A DNA stretch of 64,000 nucleotides. It comes from the human T2T-CHM13v2.0 reference genome, Homo sapiens. The stretch is taken from assembly GCF_009914755.1 (NCBI RefSeq), contig NC_060944.1, one strand, 5' to 3'. Below, piece after piece: positions 39,789 through 58,685 of this stretch (positions within the stretch are counted from its first letter, which is position 1; the number at the start of each line of letters is the position of its first letter). Below the pieces are notes generated by a model that ran no database searches, was not told the DNA's origin, and saw only the letters and a list, made by a program, of their open reading frames with translations. The translations under genes were made by a program, and so were the position numbers.

Positions 39789-39889
39789 CAAACACAACTG
39801 TTTTTTTTTTTCTTCCAACTCAGAAAAGACCAAGAGCAAACACTGCATTTATTCATTCCAAAGGCTCCAACATGAAAGGGATTCACAAA

Positions 39890-40290
39890 AAGACAGCAGA
39901 GCTAAATGCAGTATGGCGTCCTGGATGAGATACAAGCACAAAAGAAAGACAATAATGGATATGCTGGTGAAATCCAAACAAATCAAGGAGCTTTATTAAA
40001 CAGTAATGTACCAATGTTGATTTCTTAGTTTTGACAAATGTACCATGGGCATGTGACATAACAGAATTCTCTGCATTATCTTTGCAAATATTTTTTCTTC
40101 TTTCATTATGTATACATAATAGTTGTACATATTTATGGAGTACATATGATATTTTGATACAAGCATACTATGTGGAAGGATCAAATCAGAGTAACTGGGA
40201 TATCCATCATCTCATGCATTTATCATAGTGTCTCTGCATATTTTCTATAAATCTAAAGGTACTCCATATTTAAATGTGGTAAAAAAAATT
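39890..40290 (+). mobile_element. L1MC-type 3' end containing a nested antisense L1MA 3' tip (about 40095-40225)
   Basis: CTAAATGCAGTATGG..CCTGGAT...GTACCAATGTTGATTTCTTAGTTTTGACAAATGTACCATGG. The nested piece is ATAGTTGTACATATTTATGGAGTACATATGATATTTTGATACAAGCATAC. Confidence 0.65.
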
Positions 40291-40359
40291 TAAAAACCTT
40301 AATATTCATGAGCATGAGAGTGCAACTCAGATGGATCGCAGTTTGATCTGTGGACCTGT

Positions 40360-40735
40360 ATTATGGGCTGGCTCAGCCCTCACCAGCTCTGTGGCCTCAA
40401 GTTCTTCATCTTTTAAGTGGAAATGATAGTACTCCCTGCCTCACAGAATAGTCATGAAGATTTAATGAGTTAGAATACAAAAAGTGTTCAAAACTATGCT
40501 TAATACCTAACAAGGACCTGTTGAGTGATGCCTATTACCCAGCAAGTCAGCCTCAGTTTCTTCCTGTGTAAAATGGGGACAATAAAAGCACCAACTCACC
40601 AGTGTGCTGGGATGATCAAATGAAATGATGTGAGTAAACAGCGAGCACAGAGTCTGTTCATAGAGCACTTTAAATAGAATTTGGCACAGACTAAGCATGC
40701 AATAAATGGTAGCTATAAGTACAATCATTAATACT
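40360..40735 (+). mobile_element. Two tandem MIR fragments
   Basis: CTTCATCTTTTAAGTGGAAATGATAGTAC... and GCCTCAGTTTCTTCCTGTGTAAAATGGGGACAATAA...GGCACAGA...AATAAATGGTAGCTAT. Confidence 0.7.
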
Positions 40736-41761
40736 AATAAAAACTGATGGGTGACCTGGCCAGTTCTAGCTTCAAAGTAGCAAGGATCTCAGGTTTGACT
40801 TCATTAGCTCCTTGCAGGCCACTGCCTGGCATGCATATCTAAAAAGGGAAGGACGAATACACCATGGGGCCTGTATAACCTCCACCCTTTCTTTTTTCCA
40901 GGATATAAGAAGTATCCCAATTTCAGGGCTCAGGTTTTGACTGACCAAAAACATAATCCAAGCTGACTTCGAAAAGGAGGGTTGCCATTGACTTGTGAAA
41001 CACCCAGGGAAGGCTGACTCCAGGGATGCAAAGATGCTGCCAGGATCCATCTTGCTCCACCTCCTAGCTGGGCTCTCCTCCAGGATGGCTTCATCCTCAA
41101 GATTTCCACAGTGGAAAAATACCTGCCAAAAGCTCTAAGAGGTAGATCCTCATGGCTCAAATCCAGAAGGGGAACCTGTTTTCCCTGAATTTGAATCAAA
41201 GTCCAGAGCTCCGTCTCAATGGCCCAGCAGGGATCCTGTCTGTCTCAGACCAATCACAGTGTTCAGGGAGATGGGATCACCGACTGACTTGGTTTGACCC
41301 ACGTGCCCATTTCTGGTACTGACAGTGAGGTCAACTCCATTCAAACTAAATGGACTGAAAATATGGAGGGGTGTTTTGCCAAAAGAAATTTGAGATATTG
41401 CTGCCAAACTAAGAGGTATGGGAAGCTGTGTGGCTCTAAACCAGCGTATGTTCACTATAATCATGTGGATTTTGTAATTGATGATCACAGTTGGCTGAGC
41501 AGATGTAGAAACTCAGTAAGAGAAGCATTAGCCATCCTGCTGCTGGTCCTCTCCAGGTAGACTGCAGAATCCAGCGGCCTTCAGAGTCAGGCATGCACAT
41601 GTACAGACCTCCCTGGCTCTTTTGAGGGACACAACTTTGATTCAATTCAACATGTATTTATTAAGCAATTATTACATGCCAGGCACTGCACATGTCCCTG
41701 ATTATAAATCATGTGCACTTTATTAAAAGAAACAATGGAGTCCATGGTGAGCCCCTGGAAT

Positions 41762-42312
41762 TTTTAGAACAGTTTTATTGAGGTTTCACCTCCATACCAT
41801 AAAACTCGCCCATTTTAAGTATTAAATTCAATAATTTTAATAGATTTATAGTTGTGCAGCCATCACCAGGATTCAGTTTCAGAACATTCTCATCACCCAA
41901 AAACTCATCATCATGCCCATTTCAATTCATCTGCATTCACACTCCCAAATCCAACCAACTCCTCATCTCTATTCTGCCTTTATAGATTTGCCTTTTCTGG
42001 ACATTTCTTATAAATGGAATCATATTTTTGTATGTGCTTGGTTTCTTTCATTTGCATTTCTGTTTAAGATTCATCCTATAAATTCTTTGTAGCAGATATC
42101 AGCATTTTTCTTTTTATGACTGAATAGTATTCTACTGTATGGCTGTACTGTATTTATTTATCCATCAGTTGACGGATGTTTATATTATTTACACTTTTGG
42201 GGCATTATGAATAATATTGCCATGAACATTTACATACAAGTCTTTGTGTGTATATGTTTTCATTTCTGTTGGGTAGTTATCTAGGAGTGGAATTTCCAGG
42301 TCATATGGTAAA
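41762..42312 (-). mobile_element. L1MB/L1ME-type 3' fragment
   Basis: GTTGTGCAGCCATCACCA...AGAACATTCTCATCACCCAAAAA...GATTTGCCTTTTCTGGACATTTC...CTAGGAGTGGAATT...GGTCATATGGTAA. Confidence 0.8.
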
Positions 42313-45300
42313 CATTCATAAGTCTTACTGAATAAAAATTAAAATTTTTATTGCCTGCCCAACTTTCCCAAAAATTTAAATTAAGCCTTCACTCCAAGCA
42401 AATCATATTCTTGGTATTATATACATCACCTTAATAAAGGTTAGAATCTTTATGGACCAGCCTTTCAACAAAGTTAAACAAAAGTAGCACAGCGCTGAAT
42501 GGCAACCAAAGGTGATCACATAAGTAGTCTGATCTTTACTTGCATCCCTTGAGGAAAACTTGTGGTAAACTAAGTTATATCCCAACACTTTATAGAATCT
42601 TCTTCCCTTTTATTTCTAATTTTTCTAACCTCCCCTCCAAAAAATGAACACTCTCTTCGCTCACACATGCAGCATCTCATCTGTTTCCTCCTCTTTCTTC
42701 TTCTCCAGTCCTTTATTGTGTCCTCTATAGAGCTTCTCTGACTTGTCCGTGTGAAAGGCACTGTGTGCAGAAACCAGGGACATGCCTCTAGGTCTTCAAC
42801 ACCAAAACTTGCTTTCAGAAAAATAATTGCTCAACCAGTCATCCCATTGAAAAAATATTTGTAAGCCAGTTTCTTTCACAGCTTAGAGGGAATTTAGCTT
42901 TAGTGTCTTTGTCTATAACTGAGTCATGATACCAGTGGGTCAGTCCAGATAGACTAGATTCTAATGTAGTAACCAACAATTCCGAAATCTCCATGGGCAC
43001 TGCGGGTGGGCAGGGATCTCTGCTCCTATCAGTCACTCATGGCCGAGGCTCAAATATTGGTGACCTGTATACCTCCAGAACTCCAGAGGGTCTCACACCG
43101 GTAATTAAATATTTATCCCAGAATTAACACTTCTGCTTGCAGCTCATTGGCAAGAGTCAGTCAACAGCCTCACTCAATCACAAGGAAGCCAGGAAGAATC
43201 CTACCACATGCCTCTAAGATAGGTCAACAGGCTGTGTTTGAGAAATAGGAAGAGTGACTATCTTTCGTGACCATCAGTTTCTCCACAACACTTGACATTT
43301 GTAAAAATGTGGGTGTTTAAAAGTGGGGCATTTGTAAGAAAAGAAAAAAGAGTTGGTATAATTTCTGCAGCCCATTGGCAGGCTGTGGAAAATTTGTATG
43401 TAATTCACATATTCACATACTGAAATTTTAAATGTTTTGAGTAAATTTCTTTTTTAAAGAAGAATGTTGGTAAATCTTTTTCTTTCTTTTTTGAGAAAAA
43501 TTTGCCCCTAACTATAAATTCTCAATTTATGAGCTTCACTAACATGGGATGCATCCAGTCGTTCACAGAGTCAATAGATCACAAATATTTAGCAAGCAAC
43601 TATTACCTAAGGTTGCTCTTCCAACTCCAGGAACAATTTGTTTGTGTCACATAATTGGAAAGTCTTCAGCTGAGGGTCTGATCTCTTTCTTTGTGGCCTC
43701 CTCTCTGCCCTCCCTCACACTTGCTTTGCCCAATTGCTGCTTCTGTTGAGAATCACGAGCATTTCCCGGGGCTCAGCACCTGCTGCTTCACACATACCAG
43801 AAGAGGCAGAATTGCTCTTAGTAGCCCTCCTGGAACAAAAGGAGGCATCTTTCCCAGAGTTCCCAAGAGTCATCTCCACCCGAGTTATGACACATTAATG
43901 CACACCACAAAAACAAGTCCACATTCCTCACACTGAGGGACAGGCCTGTCCTCCTAAAAATGCAAGACCAAAAATGGAGAAGGAATAAATTCCCAGAGAA
44001 AACTCTTGAGTGTTAGGAAAAAAAGGAGATTAAGAAATGGTTGCTCTCAAGGCAATCAATATGCGCTCACAAACTCACGTTATTTGAGGATCCTAACTCT
44101 CTACTGTGATACTAAACCATTATAATATCGTGTGCCTGCTGCCTCATAACATTTATCTAAAAAACACAGAACTCTTTAGTATGTAAAACAAGAAGCCAAT
44201 ACCTGAGAATTAAAAAAATAAAGATGATTATGAAAGATTATTGTTCTTAAACTTCAAAAATGTAGAGGATCATCAAGATTATAATGATGGCATGAATTTT
44301 TAATCCGCCTCATTTAAATCATGTCAAATACAATGCAAGGTCCCTGAATTGTAAAATTATTTCACCCAGATTGTTTCACCAAGATAGCATGACTTGACAC
44401 AAGCCATATGTAATCACTCAACCTCCTTGCTTAAAGAAAAAAAATTCAGAAATTAGAGTCAAGCCCCGTCTGACACAGGAAACATTTATTTTAGTGGTCT
44501 TCAGAGTGCTGTACATAAAGTTGTTCAAACCATGGTCATTAGACTCCAATTTATATTTCTGTTTTTACATTTCTGCCTGCAAAACTAATTCAGTCTAATC
44601 CATCTCTTGTGGATGATTGGGAAACCTTCAAAAGATAAATACTGACTATGGTGAAATGTACCCAGAAGAGAAAGCAATTCAAATTAATCTCACTAAATAT
44701 CACCATTAGTGAGCAATGATTCATTTCACTCACTCAGAAGGGAGGATTTTTTTACACGCCTCTATAACTGTTATTTGATATTGGGGCTAGCCCCAGTTGA
44801 CAAGAATTGTTTCAAGAAATGAAAACAGCACCAAGCTAATGGTTGTTTTCAGTGTAATCTTGGGTTTACCCAGCCGACTTGGAAAGCAGGTCTTATCAGA
44901 ATCACACTCGAAAATACAGCATTAGAGATCGTAAATTAGTATCTGTTGTCTGAGCAATGCTTAAGGTTAAATATAAAAACTCTCAATTTATACATGTATT
45001 TTAGGTGAGATGAAGGGCAAAGTATACTTTATGGCAAACCAGAATGTCAAGTATGTGGTTTGAACTCAACCACTCATGTATTAAATGATACCAGGTAAAT
45101 AACATCAATTTCTTCCTATTTAAAATATTCCCTTAGACATCTACTCTCATAACATCTGACTCACACAACAGGAAAAAATATATTGTACACTACTGATAGT
45201 GTTTCCTCTCCGCCAAGAGAAGGAACAAGTTGAATAGACAAAGCACTGAGGTCAGGGATCTTTTCCAGGTTTAAAATTCCCCCAAGCTCCGTGCACATGA

Positions 45301-46017
45301 TGAGCCCTGGTTGATTTTTATCTAACACCCAAGTTTCTGTTGCTACTGCGACTTCTCGCCAGGGGTCCTGATTTTTGATGCATCAGCTACAGCAGACATT
45401 GGGACCTATGCATAAGTAATTTTGATCACTGAGTCATGTGGGTGAATTCATAAGATGAATTTGTGTGAACTTCAGGATAAAATATAAGCACACAGATTGA
45501 TAATTTATTAGTAGGCGCTTAGCAGATGTTTTCAGAGCTGTGGGGATGAGGTCCAGGGGCTGTGAGGTTTTATAGGTGACAATCTCTGATCCTGAGGATC
45601 TGAGTCATTTTAACTCTCTAAATCTCCCCTTCTTTGTGGTCAAATTGAAGACTAATAATCTGGAATAATAATCCATAAAGGAATTGCCATGTTTGTCCAG
45701 CATCTTCCCCTTCTTAAAGGAAGACTACCCAGCCTACTCCCATGTTCCAGGGAAATCCCTTGCCCCTCATGCCCAAGGCCACCTGCCCATCACAAAACCC
45801 CACCTCTGACCACAGAGACATCGTGCACCCAAGATGAGCCAATTGGAGGCCTTCTCCAAGATATTTAATGTAGAAAGAAAGAAACAGCAATAGCTTCTAA
45901 TGAGTACCACCTGCTCCGGGTACACCCCTAGCTTCTCTGCTGGAAGCAACAGCAGGAAACAAAACTCGGTTCATGAAATATCAATCCACAGAGGGCTCTT
46001 TTGCCAGAAATCAATTT

Positions 46018-48740
<2,723 letters not shown>

Positions 48741-49768
48741 AGAAATCAATTTATTTTTTAACAGATGAATAAATTTACCACTTTTCTTCTAGGAGGAGCT
48801 ATTGATGATGTTTACCATAAACTATTACTGGATGAGATGCTATCAAGAATGTCTGAATATTCCTACTGAGTTTTAGTTGAAAGTTGGTTGTTTTTTCTTC
48901 AGAGAAGCAGTTTAGGAATGTTCATCTTTATCTCTGCAGCTCCCCATAACCCAGCTGCCCACCATATACCTTTAGCCTCAGTCCCACAAAGTGCCAGGAA
49001 GCCAAGCCAAACTTCGTGGTTGTAATAGCACAGACCTATTATGACCTATTTTACTTCCCTTTTATACCAGTTATTAATCAAAGTCCAAGCATCTCCATGC
49101 ATCCTTCATTTTATCCCGGAGGGTGGGTGCATGCTCTGATATGGTCCAATCTGCAACTTCCAACTCCTGTCCTACACTGGAACTCATGGTCTGTCATCAG
49201 AAAAATCTCCCTGACTCTCCATCTCTTCTTGGAATGTTCTCTTTTTCTTCTGGCTCTAACAAACTTGACTGTAATCAAAATACAACTTGTCCTGCACATC
49301 TCAGGTGCTACCAGGCCTGTGAGTAAGGCAGGTATCCTTCTAGCTCTTCACAGCTCCCTCAAAACAATTTCTTCCACCTTCCTCCATGAAGTAAACACCA
49401 TCTAAGATGCAACCCCCTATTCATCCTTGTTACCATCTCTTAGAAATATGGCATCCCCCATCATTCAGTGAAGACTGTGGCCCAGAGGCCTGCATTTTCA
49501 TTTCTCCCATCAGTTCCCTTGGGACCTTAAACAACCACATAGGCTAATAATCTGAAATCACACATACCACAGTGTTTCCTCTAGCTGACCTCAGTCTTGC
49601 ACTTATACAATTAACTATTAACTTTGCATCACTCAGAGCCATACCACCTCAAAACAAGTAAAATCTTAATTCCATGGGTCCCACTTGCTAACCACCACCA
49701 ATCTATCTTTCCAGTTAAGTCTGTCTCTAGTATTTCTATGCAACAATTCTCCAACCCTACTGAGACAC

Positions 49769-50146
49769 TGATATGGTTTGGCTGTGTCTCCACTCAAATC
49801 TCATCTTGAATTGTAGTTTCCATAATCCCTACATGTGGTAGAAGAGACCCGGTGGGAGATAACTGAATCATGGGGGCAGTTTCCCCCATGCTATTTTTGT
49901 GATAATGAGTAAGTTCTCACAAGATCTGATGGTTTTATAAAGGGCTTCCCCTTTTGCTTGGCTCTCATTCTTCTCTCTCCTGCCACCATGTGAAGAAGGA
50001 CATGTTTGCTTCCCCTTCCACCATGACTGTAAGTTTCATGAGGCCTCCCCAGCCCTGTGGAACTGTAAGCCAATTAAACCTCTTTTCTTTGTAAATCACC
50101 CAGTCTTGGGCAGTTCTTTATAGCAGCCTGAGAAAGGACTAATACA
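49769..50146 (+). mobile_element. THE1C-like solo LTR
   Basis: TGATATGGTTTGGCTGTGTC...GAAGAAGGACATGTTTGCTTCCCC...GGACTAATACA. TSD GACAC/GACAT at 49764-49768 and 50147-50151. Confidence 0.92.
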
Positions 50147-50574
50147 GACATCCAATCTATCCACCCTGCTACTTTTTTATCTTACATTTTCATGTTCTCA
50201 CTTCCATTCTTGTCTAGTTTAGCTCCCATTGCCCCACATTATAATCACTTGCTAGCTGCTCTATCTCTTTTGCATTTGCCTGAGAAAACCACGAGATGGG
50301 TAGTTCACTGCTCCATATTTGGGCACAAGGGACTGGCCAGTTGAGCATAGCCATTCTTTTGGGCTCCTCTCCTGCCACTCTCTTTTCAATCTCTACATTT
50401 TAACTGCTTCTATCCCTAGACTTCTGAAAGTAACCCAAGCCTGCCAACCTGCCCCAATTCAGAATCTATCAATTTTCTCTTTCCTCTACCTGGAGCAGTC
50501 TGCAACATTCAAATGCTCTTACCTGGCTCAGCTTCTCATCCTTCAAATCTCTGCTTTAACATTTTGCCCTTTTT

Positions 50575-50812
50575 TCATTTTTAGTTTTATTGTGATGAAA
50601 TTAACATAAAATTAAGCATTTTAAAGTGAACAATTCAGTGGTACTTAGTACATTCACAGTGTTGTGCAACAAACACCTCTACTTCCAAAACATTTTCATC
50701 ACCCCAAAAGAAAACCCGTGCTCACTAAGCAGTCCCTCCTCATTCCTACCTCCCACCAGCCCCTAGAAATCAATGATCTGTTCTCTGTCTCTGTGGATCT
50801 GCCTATTCTGGG
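50575..50812 (-). mobile_element. L1MB-type 3' tip nested in an L2
   Basis: TTTAAAGTGAACAATTCAGTGGTACTTAGTACATTCACAGTGTTGTGCAAC...AACATTTTCATCACCCCAAAAGAAAACCC. Confidence 0.8.
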
Positions 50813-50819
50813 ATATCCT

Positions 50820-51072
50820 TCCTTTTTGATAGGCTTTCTCTAAGTATCCTCAGAGAACAACCTTTATGGTTCCCTATCCTCTCCTACTCACTGGTTTCTC
50901 TTAATAGCACATATTACTATCTAAAACTATGTTATTTATATATTAGCCTGTCTTTTCCTCTAAGCTGTGAGCTCCATAAGCAAAGATCTTGTTTTATTTA
51001 TTTTTCTGTTCTCAGTGTTCGGAATGGTGGCTGGCATAGAAAGTTCTCAATACATATTTGTCAAGTGAATAA
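50820..51072 (+). mobile_element. L2 3' end
   Basis: AGCTGTGAGCTCCATAAG...GTGGCTGGCATAGAAAGTTCTCAATACATATTTGTCAAGTGAATAAA. Confidence 0.65.
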
Positions 51073-51267
51073 AGATAATCTTATGAGGTGGTATAGTCTT
51101 AGACTCTACTTAGTTTTCAGGTAAGTAACAATACTAAATTTAAACTAATTCAGGCAATAATAAGTAAACAGATGAGGTGACTCTCTCTCTTCATCATCAT
51201 CATCTCAGGCCATTTTCTTCATATGGATGGCTTCCCGATGAATTATGTAAACATTACCAGTTTATTT

Positions 51268-51420
51268 TCCACCCTTCCATTCACCCATCTATCCACTCAT
51301 CCATTCATCCACCCACCCATCCATCCATCCATCCACCCATCCATCCACATATCCATCTATCAATCCAACCATCTACCCCACTCATCCATTCATTAATCCA
51401 TCTATCCATCCATCAATTCA
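51268..51420. repeat. (CCAT)n/(CCAC)n microsatellite at an L2 tail
   Basis: Degenerate tetranucleotide array. Confidence 0.9.
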
Positions 51421-52285
51421 ACAACTTATTTATTGAACCACACTTCTACATTTAAGCACTTTTATCAGAGCTGTACATGGAGCAATAACTAAGACTATAT
51501 CAGATGTTTTTCCCGCCCACTCACATAAAATATGACAAAGAAGTGGGAGATATGCGAGAGAAAAGGCTTCTAAGTACAGGAAATGACGAAAACAAATGTT
51601 TTGATGAAAAGCTGTGCTAAATGTGTTTAAAGAACAGCAAGGAGTCAAGTGTGACTGCAGTAACACAAATAAAAGGGAGATTAGTAGGACATGTGGTCAG
51701 AGAAATGGCAAAGGGCAAGGTCACATAGGGTCATATCAGCCGTTGCAAAGACACTAGATTTTATTTTGGTGGAAATAAGGAGCTAGTGAAGAGTTTTAAG
51801 CAGAGTAACAACATGATCTGACTTACATTTTAAAAGTCTCACTCCAGCTATTATGATGAGATGTAGGCTGCAGGTAGGCAAAAGTATAAGCAGCAAGATC
51901 TGTTAGGAGATGATGGTCAGAGTCCAAGAGAGAGATGCAAGTGGCAGGATGAAAGCAGTACATGTGTAAGCAGTGGGGTTTTGAATTAATTTTTAATGTA
52001 GCTAATGGGATTAGCTAATTTTCTAGCATAGTCAATGGGATTAACTAACAAATAGGCAATGAGGAAAGAGGTAGGTAAAAATCCCTTGGGGTTTAGGCCT
52101 AATCAATGGAAAGGGATAAGTTGTCATTTACCGAGAAGGGGAGATGTTTGGGGAAGAAGCATATTTGGTGGAGAATCAAGATTTCTGATTTTGTCATGTT
52201 AAGTTTGAGATGTCTAATGATGCATATAAAGCAGTTGTGTATATAAATCTGGAACTCTGGGAACAGGTTAGAGCATGGGATAAAA
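51421..52285 (-). mobile_element. L2 fragment
   Basis: GAGTTTTAAGCAGAGTAACAACATGATCTGACTTACATTTTAAAAGTCTCACTCCAGCT and TTTTGTCATGTTAAGTTTGAGATGTCT...TCTGGAACTCTGGG. Confidence 0.75.
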
Positions 52286-52624
52286 AATAGTTTAAAAATA
52301 AAATGAAACAACATATATTTAAAAATTTGTACACGTTGGTCAGACCTTCTTACTATTCTGCTCAACTGTGCAATAGTTGCCAACCTGAAAGAAAGTTCTG
52401 AGTCTTTATGGTGGCCTCCAGAGCTCAGTTCCTCTTTGACCTCATCTCCTATACTCTCCCTCCATCCAGCCACACCATCCTCCTAGATGTGTCTTATCCT
52501 GGCAAACATGTTTCTTCCTAAGCCTTTATGCTTATCTTCCCATGCCTGGCATGCTCTGTCCCCAGATACCATCTCACCTTACCTCATCAACAACTTTAAG
52601 TCTTTACTCAGACGTCACCTTCTT

Positions 52625-54855
<2,231 letters not shown>

Positions 54856-55189
54856 ATGTCACCTTCTTAATGAGGTCTATCTAGATCACTCTACCAAATT
54901 TTTAAGCCACCCCCACTGCGTTGCATACATCTCCTTCTTTGGGGCGTGTATAATTTACTATTTTTGGTCTCTTAACTTATAAATATCCTAACTCCATGAG
55001 AGTAGAAACTTAGTTTGTTCCATTACTGTATTGCAAGTACCCAAAATAGAAAACCCTGGATCAACATTTGTTCAGTGAATTGAATGAATAAAAGAAAATA
55101 CTTCTCTTTGGGTGTGACCTAGTTTGGCAAGTATTTCACTTTTCTAAAATTTTAAATTTCTAAAATTTCCTTCTAGAAAATGAGACATT

Positions 55190-56156
55190 TTCAAGGAGGT
55201 TCTCTCCTATTTTCTTCTAGGAGTTTTATAGTTTCAGATCTTACATTTAAGTCATTATTTTGAGTTGATTTTTGTATATGGTGTAAGATAAGGATTCAAT
55301 TTTATTCTTTTGCATGTGGATAATCCAGTATTTCCAACACCATTTGTTAAAAAGACTGTCCTTTCTCCACTGCTAATCTTGACACTCTCAATGAAGATCA
55401 GTTGATCATATGTGTATGTATTTCTTGCCTCTTTATCCTGTTCCACTGGTCTATATGTCTGTCTTTATGCCAGGACCATGATCTTCTAATAAGAATAGCT
55501 TTATTATATATTTAGAAGTCAATCATTGTGATGTCTATAGCTTTATTCTTCTTTATCAACATTGCTTTGTCTATTCTTGGTTTTTGGGAGTTCCATAGAA
55601 ATTCTATGATTGTTTTTACTACTTCTGAAAAACTGCCATTGGGATTTTGATGAGGATAGTATGGAATCTGTAGGTCGCTTTACATAGTATGGATTAGATG
55701 TCTTTCCATTTATTTGTGTCTTTTTAATTATTTTTAATCAATTTTGTGTAGTTTTCAATGTATAAATCTTCTACATCCTTGATTAAGCTTATTATGGTTA
55801 TTTGTTGATATTATAAATGGTATTATCTCAACTTCCTTTTTGTATTGTTCACTGTTAGTGTATAGAAATATAATTGATTTTTGCAGGTTGATTTCATATC
55901 CTGCAATTTAATTGAATTTGTTTATTAATTCTAAGAGGGTTTTTTTGTAGATTATAGAGCTTCCCATACATAAGATTATGTCACCTACAAGGAGAATTTT
56001 GCTGGATGCCTTTTCTTTCTTTTTCTTGACTGACTGCTCTGGCTAGGATTTCCAGTACTATGTTGAATATAAGTGTTGAGAGTGGGCATCCTTATCTTGT
56101 GCTGATATTAGAGGAAAAGCTTTCAGTTTTTCACCACAGAGTACAATATTAGTTGT
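55190..56156 (-). mobile_element. Old L1M ORF2-region fragment
   Basis: TTGAGTTGATTTTTGTATATGGTGTAAGATAAGG...GGCTAGGATTTCCAGTACTATGTTGAAT...GGGCATCCTTATCTTGT. ORF 55255..55446(-) ends [14 protein letters not shown]. Confidence 0.85.
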
Positions 56157-57519
56157 ATTAAACATTTTCTATGATCTCTCCCAATTCAGACCTCTAAATT
56201 TAAGATCCAGAAGAACAATGGGGTGTAAAGGAGTTTGACACTGAAGTCAAACTGCCTTAGTTCAAACATGGTTTCTATCCATTAGCTGTAATTTTCCTTT
56301 CTGTGGGTTTCTTTACCTGAAATGTGAGTAAAATAACAATACATAACATCAGCCAGGAACCAGTTAGGAAAACAGAAGCCATACTAGGTATTACAATTAT
56401 GGGGATTGAACATGGGGAATTGGTCATACTCAGGGTCCACTAGGGCTTGTGGATGATAATTGTCAAAGCCCTGACATACAGTAAACGTATTAAAAATATA
56501 AGTTATGGGTGCAAAATAGTTAATGACATTGTGCCTTACATTGAGGTTTTGTCATTTCTATTGTTGGATGCTTAAAAATGAATTATTTAGAAAGAAAAAT
56601 GGAATAATTCAATTGGAAATTCAAATGACTAATAATTAAAAAAAGGAAAATTGAGGTGAAAGAGTGGAAAACAGTTATTCAACTCACTCATTCTTTGCTT
56701 CCAAAAGAACACCAGTGAGAATTTCTACTTAAGAGCAAAGAAAAAGAAAAACTAATTAATGCTGTCAGAGTCAGCCATTATTTTAGTCCCACAGCCCCCT
56801 GGTGAGCATACGGTATTTTTATTACCAAAGTTCATCACTAGTGCTTACTCAATAATTAGATAATCCCCACTGCAATCTATTATAATCACACCTAAAAATA
56901 TTCCTTATTGCATCTCCACATATGTCAATAGCTTTCACAAACCATAAATCAGTAATATATTGCTGGCATCAGAGTTTTAAGCAATTAATGTTAATCAATA
57001 TGAAAACAAAAAGACTGATGTGGTAGGGCTTTTTCTTTCTGTATGTACAATAAAGAAACTGCAACTCTATTTATTTGAATTAGTTCATCACCTTTTTATG
57101 TTTGTCATTAGCTGAAATGACAATTACTGTCAAATCGTCATCATCATCTAATAATTTTCTACAAATGCCATTTTGCATAGCACACTGTATGAGACTTTGA
57201 GCACGTCTCTAATATTATAGTTCATGTTCTTAGAGAGGGCCATGTTAAATTCTAGTAGAGAACAAAGCCTCAAGGAAGATGTTAATTTGAATAGTTCCAA
57301 AACACCTTATGGTATGCCAGTGTGGGAGATATTGTAAAGCATAGTGTTTTAAATTACAATAATACATGCTCTTTTGGATTAAAATATAGATAAGATTATG
57401 GAGAAGCACCCCAGGCAACTACCTATGTTCAGAGTGTTAGTCTTGGCCCTGAAATGGGGAAAGACAATATATCTGCTACTGAAAAAGCATCTTGGAGATG
57501 GCAATGTTCTTTGACAGCC

Positions 57520-58050
57520 CTCTTGGAACAGGCTATAGATTGCCTGCTGAGCATCTCCTCACCCCTTCTCAGTTCCTGATAGGATTCTCACTTTAAACAG
57601 GTATGCACCTCTTTTCTGTGCAACTCATGTGCCTTCGGTAAGATGACATCACTCTCAGCATTCTGGGTGGACTTTATTGGTGTAAAGATCCCCTTGCCAG
57701 AGATTGGCTTAGGACTTGTCATGTGACTCATATCTGGCCAATAAAACATAAAGTGACATCTCTTAAGAGAGTCATAAGAAGGGTTTTCTCTCTCCTAAGG
57801 AGGAACCAAAGGGGGAAAAAAAGTCTCTTTGCTTCTAGACGTTGTTTCTGTAGATGTAAAGGCTGTTAACTTCTGCAGTCATCTTGCTGAGAATAAATTC
57901 AGAATGAAGATGGCAAAATGGAGCAAGAAATAAGTTAATGACCCGGAAGGCCTCCTTCTGAAGTTGTTATTAGAGAGATAACATACTTCTTTATTGTTTA
58001 AGCTGGTTTGAGTTGAGGGTTTTCTTCACTGCAGCCAAAATGCCATTAGC
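57520..58050. mobile_element. Ancient ERVL LTR (LTR16-like)
   Basis: CCCCTTGCCAGAGATTGGCTTAGG...ATGTGACTCATATCTGGCCAAT and the terminal TTGTTTAAGCTGGTTTGAGTTGAGGGTTTTC...CTGCAGCC. Confidence 0.55.
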
Positions 58051-58359
58051 CAAAATCTAAACTGGTATAATTTTCACTTTATTAAGCAGCATATCTTCCT
58101 GCTATGTTTTTTCCTATACTCATTTTAAGACTTCCTATTAAAGGATAGACTTAATTTATTCAACTGTGACTATTAAAGCCAATTCAAATATCATCTGGTC
58201 CTTGAAGCCTTCTTCAGATCTGCCAAAATAACTGGCTCCTTTTTCTGTGTTTTTGGAGCAATAGTATCTACATCTACCCTAGAATGCATCGCTCTGTATT
58301 ATAATTATTTCCTGTCTCCCAATATCATTTGATTTTGAGTACCTTAAGGTAAGACATTG

Positions 58360-58685
<326 letters not shown>

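Noticed and set aside
39617-39886. Low-complexity ORFs (PLLS / ERRG repeats)
   Set aside because: Translations of the (GGAGA)n repeat.
49016-49405. 129-aa ORF
   Set aside because: Non-ATG start, no recognisable homology, and it lies in pyrimidine-rich sequence resembling a decayed L2.
50820-51480. Tail-to-tail L2 pair as a miR-28/151-like miRNA hairpin
   Set aside because: The two L2 tails are about 350 bp apart, separated by a microsatellite, and too diverged to give a compact pre-miRNA stem.
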